A DNA stretch of 64,000 bases, from NCBI GenBank assembly GCA_036172245.1, contig JAYWIR010000005.1, positions 5,332,001 through 5,396,000 of the forward strand, written 5' to 3'. Source of the DNA: Raillietiella orientalis. Taxonomy: Eukaryota. Below, in pieces: positions 37,964 through 50,398 of this stretch (position 1 is the first letter of the stretch; each line of letters starts with the position of its first letter). The notes beneath the pieces are model-generated. The model made no database searches. It was given only the letters and a program-made list of their open reading frames with translations, and was not told the origin of the DNA. The translations under genes were made by a program, and so were the position numbers.

Positions 37964-39419
37964 CAGGTAGTTCTCGACTTATCGACGATTCACATTTACG
38001 ACGGCCAATTCTCTAACTTAACTTTGCCTCCGGCATATACATAATGTTAGCCCTGGTGGATCCCCGATCCTCTCCTGATGCTCGTACCGGTGAATACCCG
38101 AGCTTGCCAGGGGAGGAGTAGCTAGAGGGGATTCTAAGGGGTTCTTCTAACTTATTACGCAGTCTTTGGCATGGTAGTAATGAATCAGCGATAGAAGTGT
38201 TCGTTACTCTCGTTGCAACTTTTGTGTTTCACCGTAACCCTTCCACGTCTAGTAAGAGAAACAGCACTCCTGATGAAAATTTCAGCATGATAAAAAAGGC
38301 AAGGAAAACTTATATGTTAGAAGGAAGGTCATTAAAGCATATGATAAAGGAAAGACAGTCGGTGAAACAGCACGAGAAAAACAAGCATCGCATTCAACTG
38401 CTTCAACACTTATAAAAGATAAATCAAGAATAGTGGAGGCAGCTAAAAGGGCAGTTAACATGAAATGTAGAATTTTAACGAAAAAAAGAGAAGGACCAAT
38501 TCATGAAACGGAGAAGCTTTCAGTGATATGGATAGGTGATCAAATCAAAAGGAATGTTCCTCTCAGTTTGTTTACGATTCGAACAAAAGCACGCAACTTA
38601 TTTGACAATTTAAAGGAACAAGAAGAAGATAAACATGGGGATCATACATTTATTGCTAGTAAAGGTTGGTTCTGTCGCTTCGGAAGCCGATTGAATCCGC
38701 ACCAACGTGCGAATAACGGGAGAAGCTGCTGGCTCCGATGTTGGAGCCGCCGAGCTGTTCAAGAAAAGTCGGAAGGAGGCGATAGAAGATGAAGGCGAAA
38801 GAGCTGAAGAAGAGGAAAGAAAGAATGAGTGAGGGAAATCGTTAAAGAAAAACTATGAACTGTGAAAGGATCAGCTGAAGTATTTTCTGAGCGGAATCAA
38901 GGACTTCAGCCACTCGAAAACGTGGATCAAGACACGGATCGCTTCGCCAAAGTCGAAAGGCAAATTCGCGAAGCAGTTAGATGTCATAACGAAATTCATG
39001 AAGAAAAAAGAAGGAAAAAACAACAGCAGGCAACATGAAGGAATTTTTTTAATTAAAAAAATTACTCCTGATTGCGGAAAATAAGCGTACCGTTCAAACT
39101 AAAAAATCATTTAATGAAACACCGTTACAAAGTTTTTTGTTTATGTTTGCATCATTTTTGATGTGCATGTATATATTTTTTTCTTAAGTTCTTCTTTCTT
39201 AATTTCGTACATATTTGTGTATTTACATATACACTAATAAATAACTTATTCATGTTTATCTCAGTTTATACATTTTTTTAACCATTTTACGTTAAACGAA
39301 GATGTTACGATAGAAATGAAACAAATCAAGAATTCAAAAAAGTCCCCGACTTACGTCAGAACCGACTTACGACGGAGACGTCGGAACGGGATCCCGTCGT
39401 AAGTCCCGAGGACTACCTG
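37964..39419 (+). mobile_element. Internally deleted Tigger/pogo DNA transposon
   Basis: TIRs ta|caggtagttctcgactta and taagtcccgaggactacctg|ca (TA target site, one copy mutated). CENP-B-type HTH remnant ETEKLSVIWIGDQIKRNVPLSLFTIRTKARNLF...FIASKGWFCRF. No DDE domain recognisable; about 1.46 kb. Confidence 0.9.
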
Positions 39420-39829
39420 CATAGACGATGATCTTCTCCCGCGAGCCTCCTCTAGGAGGTGAGCGAGAGGAGCACCTTCACCCTCCATACTCGAGAAAGG
39501 AAGAGCTTCAAGGCTCTGGAACGTAGTAAGGTCTCGAAATAGAAAAGCATCTCTCTCTCCACGCTTCCAATCCCCCCCCCTCTCCCTCCTTGAAAAGCAC
39601 CACCTTTTCCAGCAGAGAAGAGGTCAGCGGATGATGTGCACAGGGCTTCCCGGAATCGAGCTGAGACCACACGCCGCTCTTCTTCGTCGGAAGTCTCTTC
39701 TCTACTTTCTTTCCTCCTTTCTGCCACGCGTTTTGTAGCATCTCACTCCTTGTTAGTAGCTGGAATTGCAGACACCAAAGAGAATTTGTTCTCGGAATCG
39801 GACGATCCTCTAAAGTTAAGGGGGAGGGT

Positions 39830-41500
39830 TTCCCGACATGCAGGTCGGGCACACTGAGAGTTCGGAACAGCAGGGAGGGGACAATAAATAAGTTAATATA
39901 GTGGGAGGGTGGGGATAGGGGTCTGCAGTTCCAGCCGTTGTTATTCTCAGAACCGGTGGTGAATGCCGGCAACCTCCGTCCTCACTTCTTCGTCGAGGTG
40001 TGGCCACCCAGCAGCCAGTTCCAGATTGCAGGCTGCACTGTTGGTAACCGCTGTTGCGGGCCGCTCGCATCTGCAATACGTGGCGGGCCCTGACAATGGC
40101 GCGGATGCAGCAGATGATTGCGACGACCGCTCCCAGAGATAGACTGCCACGCGTGAAGAAGCGGCGCATCCAGTCCATTGCGGTGCGCCCGGGATGCAGG
40201 AGCGCTGAGGACAGCCACCGCCACAGTCCCTGGAGGACACCGCAGTCGAATAGCAGGTGCGGGAGCGATTCATCGCTCCGCATCTTTCACAGTTACGGGT
40301 GGGACTCCCCCGGAAATCAGGTGCGCGCGCTGGTTGCAATAGAGACCCCAATGCACCAGAAGAAAAGCGTCCTATTTCCGACGAAGGGGGAACACAGTCG
40401 TGTCCACGCAGGAGGGCGGAACCACAAGTTCTTCGGAGTGCACTCTCAGGAGTTCGCTGCACCCAAGAAGTCCCTTGGCACGATGGCGAGGCGTGGCAGC
40501 GGCTGCCAGCTCGCTCGTTCTCCAGCCGCTCAGAGGTCGGGTTTGTCCTGCGATTGAGTAGGCGACCTCCCACCTTGCCGGTAGGCAACTGTCTTCTCGT
40601 GCCCTTAGGGCAGACAGCGCTTCGGCGAGGAGCGAAGCGGCTAGACGATTCCACTTGTCCTGGTTCTGCAACACCTCCTCCACTGGACAGAATGAAGAGC
40701 GGTTCACGCAACGGAGTTCCAAACGGGACACGTCCTGATGCGTTGCCCAGGACGATAGAGTCTCCTGCCACCAAACATTAAGGTTCGTCGGCCAGCAGGA
40801 GATCCACGAATGCGTTTCCAGGAGCGAGGCGAGCTGCCTCGGCGGGAAGCCGAATCCTCTCCTGGCGTACTCAGCATGCGGTAGCAGCGAAAGCAATCCG
40901 TCGCCACCCATGCAGCTCCGCATCAGCAGCCGCGCGGGAGCACACCATGGAGTCGTCCAAAGCTGGGCACAAAGTGCCAGCATGCGAAACTGCACTAGCA
41001 GTCCGATCCTTTCCAGCGTCAGGATGCCCAAGCCGGTATCCCGACGAGGAGCCGCCAAGTCCTTGAGGCGGATCCTGGACCTCGCAGGTACCCCAGAAAG
41101 CGTTCCGCGACAGGCGTTTCGCCAGGAGCTTGGCCAAGTAGGGAGGCGGACAAACAAAGAAAAGGGGATGGAGGAGGGGGGCAACGAAAATGCTCCACAT
41201 GAAGGCCCGCTCCGGCAGGAGGAAGCTGCGACCTTGGAACGGACCCAGAGCAGTCTCGGCCTTGTGAAGGCAGTCCGACCACGCTTCTACTGGACAGAAG
41301 GCGCCCAAGGGAACGCGAGGGTACTTAAAGCACCTGCCCGTGGGGATCCCCAGGCGGATCGCCTCTCCCACGTAGAGCCAACCGGTACGACTGTGGATTT
41401 CGCCCTGTTGACGCTCACGCCCGCTCCTCCGTAGGGATGCCGAGCAGCTCTCCCCATCGCAAAAGTCCACGAGGAAAAAACTCGGGGTAGTGGCATCTGA
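39830..41500 (-). mobile_element. Decayed L1/Tx1-like ORF2 C-terminal half (second subfamily)
   Basis: VNRAKS...IRLGIPTGRCFKYPRVPLG...KDLAAPRRDTGLGI...CERCG/ESLPHLLFDCGVLQGLWRWL; frameshifted and paralogous to 41560-43990. Confidence 0.85.
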
Positions 41501-41559
41501 CAGCTATCCCATGGTCCAACCACTCATCTTCTTCTCTCTGCCTGCGACAGGGGCCACCT

Positions 41560-43990
41560 GAATGGACACGGGGGCGTTCCCATCCGGTCACGCCGGGGCG
41601 TTTATTCCTAAACTCGGTACATTTGCGGTACGAAGCCCCGCTACGGCCAATAGACCGTGGGGCCTGCCGGGAAGCCGGTGCGCAGACCGGCTTGACTCTT
41701 CTCGGCAACCGTGGGGATGGGGGAGAAAACAAATATAAAAATAAAAAGGAAAACAAAAAAAAAGAAACACTTGGGTGGGCAGGGAAGGGATCGCTGTCCG
41801 CTGGAGGAAGAGATCATCCTTTCCAGAATGCCCTCGATGTCCCTCTGCATAGCTCCCAGATGGGACCATCCGATCGCGATTCGCAGGTAGCGACCCGCGT
41901 GTACGATGGGGTCCCTGTCGCTGCTTCCTCTGTTGGCTGCGCTCCACGAGGCCACAATCCCTCGGAGGCAGCAAAGCGCTGCCACGGTTGAGGCTGGTTG
42001 CAGGGCGTCTCATACGAAGAGGAGTCGCACAACGTCTCTGCGGGTACTGCCGACCGGCATCCAGAGGACCGTAGCAAAATGTTCCCACAAGGTCCGGAGG
42101 CCAGTGCAGTCCACTAACAAGTGGGGGAGGATTCCTTCTGCCCGCACACTGCACACTTCTGTCCCACCTTCCCCAACGTCCAGTGGTGGCGGCGCGCGTT
42201 GCAGGGAATACCCCAGTGCAGCAGCAGCAGCGCCGTTTCCTGCCACTTGAGGGGGAGGGTGGATGCGTCTCTGAATACCGGGGGCCCCTTTAGGTCATCC
42301 AGCGGGATGCCCAGCAGCTCACCCCATCTCCGAATTCCTCGCGGGAGGGCGCTCGGGGTCGTGGCGTCAGCCAGTTCCCTCGTGGTCCAGCCGCTCATCA
42401 TCTGCTCCCTGACCGCTATCCAGCAGGAGATTTGCCACCTCGGCGTTCGGCTGCTGCCGAGCACCCTCCTCAAGAAGGGTAACGCCGTGGACAGTGGGGT
42501 CGTCTCCGCCCACGTACTTCTGGAGGGACACTCGAGCATGTTCCGCAGCGTGCAGCGGGTGTAGATGCCGGGTCGCAGGCGGTTCCACGATTCACCACTT
42601 GACTGGTTTAACTTCTCCCACGTGCCAACTGTTTCTTCCAGACATGCGCTGGAGTTGGTGGGGCTGCAGGCCATCCAGCCGTTCTCCTTAGCCAGGGTGG
42701 CCATGCGTCCCAGGAGAAGGCCGCATCTTTTGATCTTCCGGCCGCGGCACAGAAGATACGACGCGAGACCCTGCATCCCGGATACACGGCTGGAAAGGAG
42801 GCGGTCCGGAACGCATCAATGGGTGCTCCAGTACTTCGCCGCGATGGCCGAGGTTCGCCATTGCAGCTGAATTTTCATCCGCCCTAGCGTCAGGAGGCCA
42901 AGAGCGCCATCCCGACGTGGAGCGCACAAGTCTTGCAGAGGCACATGGGGCTCCCGCTGCCCCACAGGGCGATGCGCAGGAGGTCCTTGGTTCTCTTCTT
43001 CATCTCGCGGGGTACGGGCAAACAAAGAGCAGGGGGAGAAGAAGGGGGGTCGCGAACGCGTTCCACACCGCGGCCCGATCCGGCAACTAAAAATTACCTT
43101 CCAGGAACGGGCCGATCGCCGACTCCACTTTCTGGAGACGACCTGACCAGGTTTCTAACTGGCAGAAGTCTCCCAACGGAACGCCAAGGTATTTTAAGTA
43201 CCTCTCCGTGGGGATCCCCAGGCGGATCCAGTCAGGTCGTCCTGCCCACGTTGCACCAACCGCAACCAGCGACGACTTCGACCTGTTCACCCGTAGTGCT
43301 GTCCCGCGGCTCAGCAAGTCGAAGAAATGCTCGACTGCCGAAGCCGCTGCGGACATGGACAGCAGGAGCAGAAGATCGTCGGCATACGCCGACACGGCCG
43401 GCGTGCCGCGGCACGAGCTCTACAGGGCAGCCAATGTCACCCTGTATGCTCTCAGAACCAGTTCGAAATAGGGGCTAAAGAGCAGGGGACTCAGGCTGTC
43501 GCCCTGCCTTATCCAGCGGCGCACCGGCACGCCGTACACATTCTGACTGCTGAAAAAAACTTTTATTATCGCACTGCGCCAGCAAGAGCGCAGGTAGATC
43601 AGTAGGGAGGGTGGGAAGCCCATGCGATCCAGGAGCTCCGGAAGGAGTTCCTGGTCCAAGCAGTCGAACGCCTTATGGTACTGTGCCTTCGTCTCGGATC
43701 AGCCGTGTCAACTCGAGCACCAGGGGTTCAGCTCTGCCGCGAAGCACTGAAAAAACTCCGCCGGCAGGCCGTCCTCCCCTCGCGCCTTACGCCTCTTCAG
43801 GCCCGCTATGGCGGAAGACACTTCTTCCGCCGTTAAGTGGAAATCCAAATTGGCGCGTTCCTCGTCGACAGCAGGGGCATCCACCGGCAGAAGCAGCTCC
43901 GAGAGACTGCGTTCCGTCGGCTCCCTAACATACAACGAGGAGTAGTAGCGCTTTAAGAGGCGGCGAACATCGGCTTTGAGTTTCCCCTTC
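41560..43990 (-). mobile_element. L1/Tx1-like LINE ORF2 (reverse transcriptase to 3' end), 5'-truncated and frameshifted
   Basis: EEVSSAIAGLKRRKARGEDGLPAEFF, KAFDCLD, IRQGDSLSPLLF, SAYADD, LRVNRSKS, KYLGV, a C-terminal CAVCG...HLLVDC motif, then a 3' UTR with AATAAA. Confidence 0.93.
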
Positions 43991-44152
43991 CCACGCGCCT
44001 CGGGAATGGACCTAACCGGTCTCGGCACCGGCATTCGACACGTATGCCAGCGTGGGAAAACCAAGAATTTTCGCACCAAAACATATCAATAGACTTTATT
44101 AACTAATTTAATATGAATTAGATTAATAAATGCCCCGGCATATCCGGGTGAC
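43990..44152 (+). mobile_element. 3'-terminal fragment of the same LINE family in opposite orientation
   Basis: ccggtctcggcaccgg hairpin and the aataaatgccccggcatatccgggtg terminus. Confidence 0.6.
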
Positions 44153-44464
44153 AAACATCGGCTGCGCTCGAGCATTCCAGGTCCTGGTCGTCGAACAGAC
44201 AAGCTGCTCCCGACTGCCAGACCTGGCGCTCGGCTTTGACCTTGTACTCCGCAAGATACCGGACGTCCGGGCATCGGGAGAATCGGCGGGTCGGGAGCGC
44301 GCGCCCCTGTTGCCGCCGCGGCGACGGGGTGATGGAGCGCCCGTTCAGGGAGGTCGACCTGGAGACGGAGAAGCTCTAGGGAGACGCCGCCTATTCCTGA
44401 TCGCAAGCAGATGGCCCGAAACTGACCACTGGCATTCGGTCGAGCCCTTCCCGCCTCCGAAATG

Positions 44465-45330
44465 GAACTCACTTTTCGGAGGTGGCCCTTTTCTCCGCAG
44501 TGGAAGCACTGGATGTGAGGGCACCGTTTTTTCAGGTGCCCTGTGGCATCGCAGTGTCCACAGTACTTGGGTTTTCCCACGTACCAAACATCGACCGTCT
44601 CGTTGTCGATGTCCAGCTTGTGGAGTAACCCGCCGTTTTCGTGCACAGTTACACGCGCTGCGACCATGCCACTAAACAGCCCTCCATAGGTTTGGAAGAC
44701 GTTGGGCTTGGTCCAGAGAGCGTGTACTGTGCCGTATGTACTGAGTTCCTCCTGCACGCCGGATTTCGACATCCGGAGGGTAACTCCAGTGAGGTGCGCT
44801 ACAACTGAGCGGTCCTCAGTCACCGGAAAGAGCTTTCTGCCCTCCAGCGTAATGTTTCAGCGGTATTCAGCAGGCGCTGAGCCAGGCTTGCATCTTTGCG
44901 AGTCAGCTCCACCCGCTGACCCCCACTAAGGACGGAGAGACCTTCCAGCTCCTCCTCCCTCACGTTCAGCCGCTGCAGCTCCTTTTCGAAGGAGCATGCA
45001 ATCCTTTCATCGAACATACTGCCTACCTTGTAGATCAGCAACGGCTTGTAGCCGATGGCCTTGTAGGCAGTCTGCTCCGCTACTGCAGCCGGGGATGGTG
45101 CAGCAACGACGGCACTCCAACTCTTCTCCGGTGGCGAAGAGGGTCGCGAAGGGGCGGTCGCCGCCGATTTCGATGGGGCAGGTGCCTTGGATTCCGTGGG
45201 GGGGGGCGAATGCCCCCACTTCCATGGGTGGAGGAGAGCAAGTCGCCTCTACCCCCCCGCAAACTCCATCGCGGTGTTCTCAGGCATTTCTGCCATGGGA
45301 CACCGGAGATCCCACACATCACACAGAACC
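44465..45330 (-). mobile_element. L1/Tx1-like ORF1 remnant (RRM-like region plus two CCHC zinc knuckles)
   Basis: LSTYGTVHAL...VWYVGKPKYCGHCDATGHLKKRCPHIQCFHCGEKGHLRK; frameshift near 44820 and truncated within the second knuckle. Confidence 0.85.
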
Positions 45331-45399
45331 AACAAAAAGCTTCCCACCGACCAGTCCGCGGAGAGATACGAAAACACGTCCGCTCGCTAGAAGGACCCG

Positions 45400-45985
45400 G
45401 GGGGGAGTGAATCCGAACTGTGCCAGGTACGGGGAACGTGAATCCCTCCCGCACCTGATAGTTGACTGTGTTGCCCTCCGGTCTCTTTGGGAACGTTTCG
45501 GGAGGACCCTCGGGATCCCGGTGAGCAGCCCTCCCAGAGACGTTTTTCGGCTCCTCTTCGTGCGGGACGCCCTGTAGCCAGCCGCAGCCGTAGCAGCGCT
45601 CAGCTGCATCCGCGGTATTGTGGCGGCCTGGAGTGGATCCGACAAAGTAGAAGATGCAAACGATAGGGACGTCATCGAGTATGCGGCTCGCTTCCTGCGA
45701 ATAGCAGCCCGATGACCCCACCTGGGAAACAGGCAGAAGGACCTGGTTGGCATCCTGCAAAGGATGGACCCTTCACCAAGCGGACAGTGATCCCTTCTCG
45801 ACCTTCCAGAGAACTATGGTTTTTTCAGTTTTTTTTATTTTTCTTTTTGTTTTTTCCCCATCCCCCTCCGCTGCCGTGGAGAGTCAGGTCGGTCTGCGCA
45901 CCGACGACCAGGCAGGTCCCTTGTCGTATTGGCCGCAGCGGGACCTTGTACCGCAAATATAGAAGTTTATAATAAACGTCCCGGT
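45400..45985 (+). mobile_element. L1/Tx1-like LINE 3' fragment, opposite orientation to its neighbours
   Basis: CARYGERESLPHLIVDCVALRSLWERFGRTLGIPV...RDVFRLLF, followed by the family 3' UTR and aataaacgtcccgg (45971). Confidence 0.85.
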
Positions 45986-46129
45986 CAGACGTTGAACGCG
46001 ACTCTGCACCTGTGCGCGAAGCCTTGCCGCCAGTGTAGCGTCCCGTCTGAGCGCTCTTCAGATCAGCTACCTACTGTTCGTAGATGTGTATCCCCTGCAG
46101 CAGCACCAGATCGAACGCGCGTAGGGAGG

Positions 46130-48110
46130 TAGCTACCGTCCGCCTCTTGTCGGCGTCGCCCAGCCCGTTGACGTTCCAACAGGCCACGCTGACGCGACGA
46201 GCGGACGCGAGTCCACGCATTACTGCTGCGGACATGTCGGCGTGCTCCTCGCCTCGTCCGGCGAGGTGTCAGCTGGCAGCACTGAGGATTGGGAAGAGGA
46301 ATCGCTCCCGTTCTCCACCATGCCGCACGCACCTGAGTCCTGGGAGCCGAGAATCATTGCCTCGGGCTCCGGGGAGAGGCTGGAACCGCTACCGGCAACA
46401 GGCTCGTGCTTGCGCACTTTAGCCTGGAGTGTTCCGGGATTTCCCGGGGATCTGCGCTCCTTTGCTTTGCAGTCGGACTCTAGGTCGGAGTCCGAATGCC
46501 GCGCGAGAGACTAGCGTTTCGCCTGTTTCTTGTTGTGCCGGGAAGTGGAAACTTGCCCGGCCTGCGCGGGGATCGCCGCAGTCGCCACCGCAGCCCCCGG
46601 CTCTTTGGCTTCTGCAGCGGCTCTCTCGCGCGAAGCGACAGCGACAGCGCATCCAGCGGGAGTGCAAACCTTGATTTACGCCTGCTTTGGCGCGCTAGGC
46701 TTCTTCCTTACACCTACCTTCAGAATGGGGAAGTGGGAAGGGTCCACCTTCTTCCCCTTTCTAGGTTTCCTGGCCACCTGAGTCCAGTCCGCATCGCTGT
46801 CCTCTTCCACTGCATCCTGGGAGGCCAGAGCCTTCCATGCTTCTGGACGGTAGCTAACGGCTCATTTTTCGCAATCGCGGCGAGACGGCTCCGCCACCGT
46901 TGCCTGTTGCATCTTCGCTGGTGCGGGTGAACTGGCAGGTATTTCCGTCATCGCGCGATGCGTTGCAGCCTTCGCTGCCAGTGTTTTCACCGTGGACGGC
47001 GTGCTTTCCCCGGACTGAGGGAGGGACGGCCGCTCAGTGGCAGTTTCGAGTGTCTCCGCGCGTATTTTCCCGTCCCTTCCGTTCGACGCGGGAACGGACG
47101 CGGACGGTTCAGTAGCCTTTTTTGAGTATTTACCCGTTAGCTGCTTCGCGCAAGACTGTTTGTTCCCAGGGTGGCGTGGCATCTTCCCCTTATGCGCGGC
47201 TTTCCGACATTGTTTCTTCCCTGAAGCAACCTGCCCTCTTTTGAGGGACTGCCACTCGCTGCAGCAGCGTCATTAGCGCCCGATTTCTTTCCCGGCGAGG
47301 CGGGGGAAGTTTTCGGGGAAAACGACGCCAACTGGAGGTGATTCCTCGCCTGCCGTTTGCGCTTCAGCTTGGCGCACTTCTTAATGGAGTGACAGAGCAG
47401 TTTGCAGTAGCGGCAGTTGCGAGAAGGGCACTTCCAAGGACGGTGGCCCTCCTTGCCGCAACTGCCGCAATCCGGCCACTGAGCGGCAAACTCCAGGTGA
47501 AACGACCGCGTCGTCCACCTGGAGCTGCGAAGGCAATAGCCTCCGGTCCGTCATGGTGACTCGCACCATGGCGAGCCCGCTGTGAGAGAGGCAATCCTTT
47601 TGATAGGGTTCGCTATTCTCCATAGTGGTGAATGCACCCAGCGCACTCGCAAGCGGTCGGTAGTTTCCACCCGGATGGCGGACAATTAGACCACGAATGA
47701 CTGGTCCATGGCCGACCTCCTTCCCGCGGATGTTCAGCGGGGAGCGGAGGCGTTGGACTGGGGCTGCTTGTGCACCTGCCAGTGTCCAAGCGCATTCACA
47801 GGCATGACAGCCAGGAGGTCGTCCTGCCGGAACCCGACGCGCTCGTCCCATAAATTTCCTCCGACCCTGTCGGAGACCGAGGCACTGACCTGGTAACAGA
47901 GAGCAGGCTTGTAGCTATGGGCTGCATATGCCTGTTACTCTGCTTCTTCGGGAGGTGCTCCGTTTGCTGCTGCCGCCTTGACGATGGCGGCAAAGCTTCT
48001 TGCCGGTGGCGAGACAGAATCATCAGAGGCGGGCAGAACAACCGAAGTAGGAACTCCGGAGCAGGCTGCCTCCACCTCCATCCTCTCTTGTGTCGGCGCC
48101 ATGAACTTCC
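46130..48110 (-). mobile_element. Second L1/Tx1-like ORF1 remnant
   Basis: SFAAIVK N-terminal motif; tandem knuckles CGSCGKEGHRPWKC and CRYCKLLCHSIKKC (47373-47469); long low-complexity tail; several stops and frameshifts. Confidence 0.75.
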
Positions 48111-50279
48111 GAAGGGACGCACACGAGCACAATACACACAAAGAAGACGAAAAAAGAGTCGCGCTCGAGGAGCCACAAAAGAAAGCACGTCAGTGCCGCG
48201 TGGTCGTGGAACGCTTCGTCGTCGCGGTGGTCCTCACCACCGCAGGGCTTTCTCCTCATGGTCTTCCCCATCCCTCCTGAGCATTCCCATCACTTCTGCC
48301 TCCTCCCTACCACCCGCAAGTGGTCCTTCCGAGTTCTCTGGTCCGGGAGTCCAGAGTTCAGGTAACACTCGAGAGGAAGTAGCGGCCTGCAATCAGGAAG
48401 CGGCGGCGGCAGCCAAGGTGTGAGCGAAGACCAAAGGATCGCTTCCGGAAGAGAGGTGTGCGTCTCTGCAGGAACACCACGGGAAACAGCAAATATGCTC
48501 TGTGTTCGCGATTTCCCACATAGAGGGAAGCGCATGCGAAGGTAATGTGCCGGGTGCCGAAAGAATGCATCTTAGTGAAATCCGGGAAGCTTGAGATTCA
48601 AAATCTTAAGGATTCTTTCGGTTCAAGGAAGGGAGTGGAAGCCATAAGAGAAGGAAGGATAGACTGTGGAACAGGCAGAAAAGGGAATGAACACATGGAG
48701 GTGCAAGAGGAAAAGTGAAAAGAGGAAAAAAAGATGAAATGTAGAAGGTAAAGGAAAGACAAATGAAGAATCCAGTTCACTCAGGGGCGTTTATCAAAAC
48801 CAACGGGCACAGATACCCAGGAGACCAACTCCCATCCGAGTTTGGGAAACCTTCGAGGGGGATCCTCCGATTAGGATATAGGCTATGAAGACCGGAAGGG
48901 TGCGAGAGGAAAGGAGGAAATCAATATACAATGATAGAGATGGAGAAAGAGCAAAGGACATTAGTCCACTCTGCTGCGTCTTCCGCATTCTGCTTACGGC
49001 AGTCTCGCGATGTCCACCTTTAATCCCTTGAAGAGGTCGGGCCATCTTGCAACTCACCTCAGCTTGTGGGTGATGTAGATGGCTTCCAGAGGTTGAGCTG
49101 GCAACCGAAGGGAAGGAGGGTGGAAGAAGGAGAATAGGGGAAAGAACCGAGTTGTCCGGGAAAGAAAAAAAAATGGTCGAATGGAAGAGGTCACACAATA
49201 CCGTCTCTAGATTCCGGACAAAGAGCTCGTGAGCTTCTTGTAAGCAAGCTGAACTGTGGGCTCAGCGGCGTGGGCAGGACCTTGCAGTTGAGTAATCCCT
49301 TGGGCCTGTTGACGTTTTGCATCACGAAGAGACATTCCACGTGGGAGACCACCACGAGGCTGCCAGTTTGAGGCTGTAAGCAAAACTACATAGCACCTAG
49401 TGAGAGGTGACTGGGGGAACCAATTCTTGTGGGTAAACTTTCAGTGCCCTGCAAGGGCTAGCAAAGCTCTCTCGAAGTTCTACTGAGGAGGAGGAGAGGA
49501 GAGGAAAAGAGAACTCTTTGCCAACTCGATCCGTGATGTACGGTTGCGCACAAACACAAAATGCAGAAGAGAACATCGCACTTCAGTTACGAGTATCCAA
49601 CAATACTTCTTCAATTTATTCACCTTAGAGTTTCATTTTGGTTTAGAGATCGAGAAAAGAAAAGTTACGTGGGGTCGAGGTAGATAAACATGAAAAGTGT
49701 GGTCTCACAGGAACGGATGTCGAAATTTCTGAAGACAGCAGCAGTGCATGCAGGAGGATTTAAGCAAAGTGCAGATATCGCCAACCCGTTTCCAAAACAG
49801 CTCTCCGCAGAGTCATGTGTCAATAGGGTCCAAAGGTCTCGAGGAAGACCCGACCAACTCGCTATAGAACTCGTAATGGATGATAACTCGAAACAGACTT
49901 GGAACCTTCACCAAAGGATCTTGAGACTTTTCGAGCACGCATCACATACCCCACGTGAAAGGCGGAAGAAGCAGTTCGTTTCGTCTTCCGTCTGTTTCAT
50001 CCTATCCAAAAATTCTTATTTTGCCACCCCTTCGTTTGGTGTGGCTACCCAGAACACGTCCTTCAGGGATGCAGAACTTTTGCCTATCTTCTGATGAGAA
50101 GCCAGTGCGAACGCCCGTAACCAAGCTGTCCAGGTGGAAAGCAGGTCAAGGTTATTCACGATGGGGAAGAGGTCTTTCAGGAGAGCACAGACCAGGTCCT
50201 TCACACGAAAGGAGCAGTCTGGTGAGGAAAGAGCTCCTCCTCCTGGCCGCAGGGTTACGCGGCAAGAGGAGCGTGCAGC

Positions 50280-50398
50280 GCAGTCCATAAACGAAGAGCA
50301 TGTATTCCTGACTTGGACGGTAAACGCCTTCGCTGTCACTCATCCACCCCCCCCAACCTCAAACCCACTGCAGTCCATAAACGAAGAGCATGTATTCC
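50280..50398 (+). repeat. 29-bp perfect direct repeat flanking 61 bp
   Basis: gcagtccataaacgaagagcatgtattcc at 50280-50308 and 50370-50398. Confidence 0.9.

Noticed and set aside
44086..45041. Host zinc-knuckle gene (ZCCHC3-like)
   Set aside because: Frameshifted, truncated and embedded among LINE fragments; better explained as retrotransposon ORF1.
50280..50398. CRISPR-like repeat-spacer-repeat
   Set aside because: Only two repeats, a 61-nt spacer, no cas genes and a eukaryotic context.
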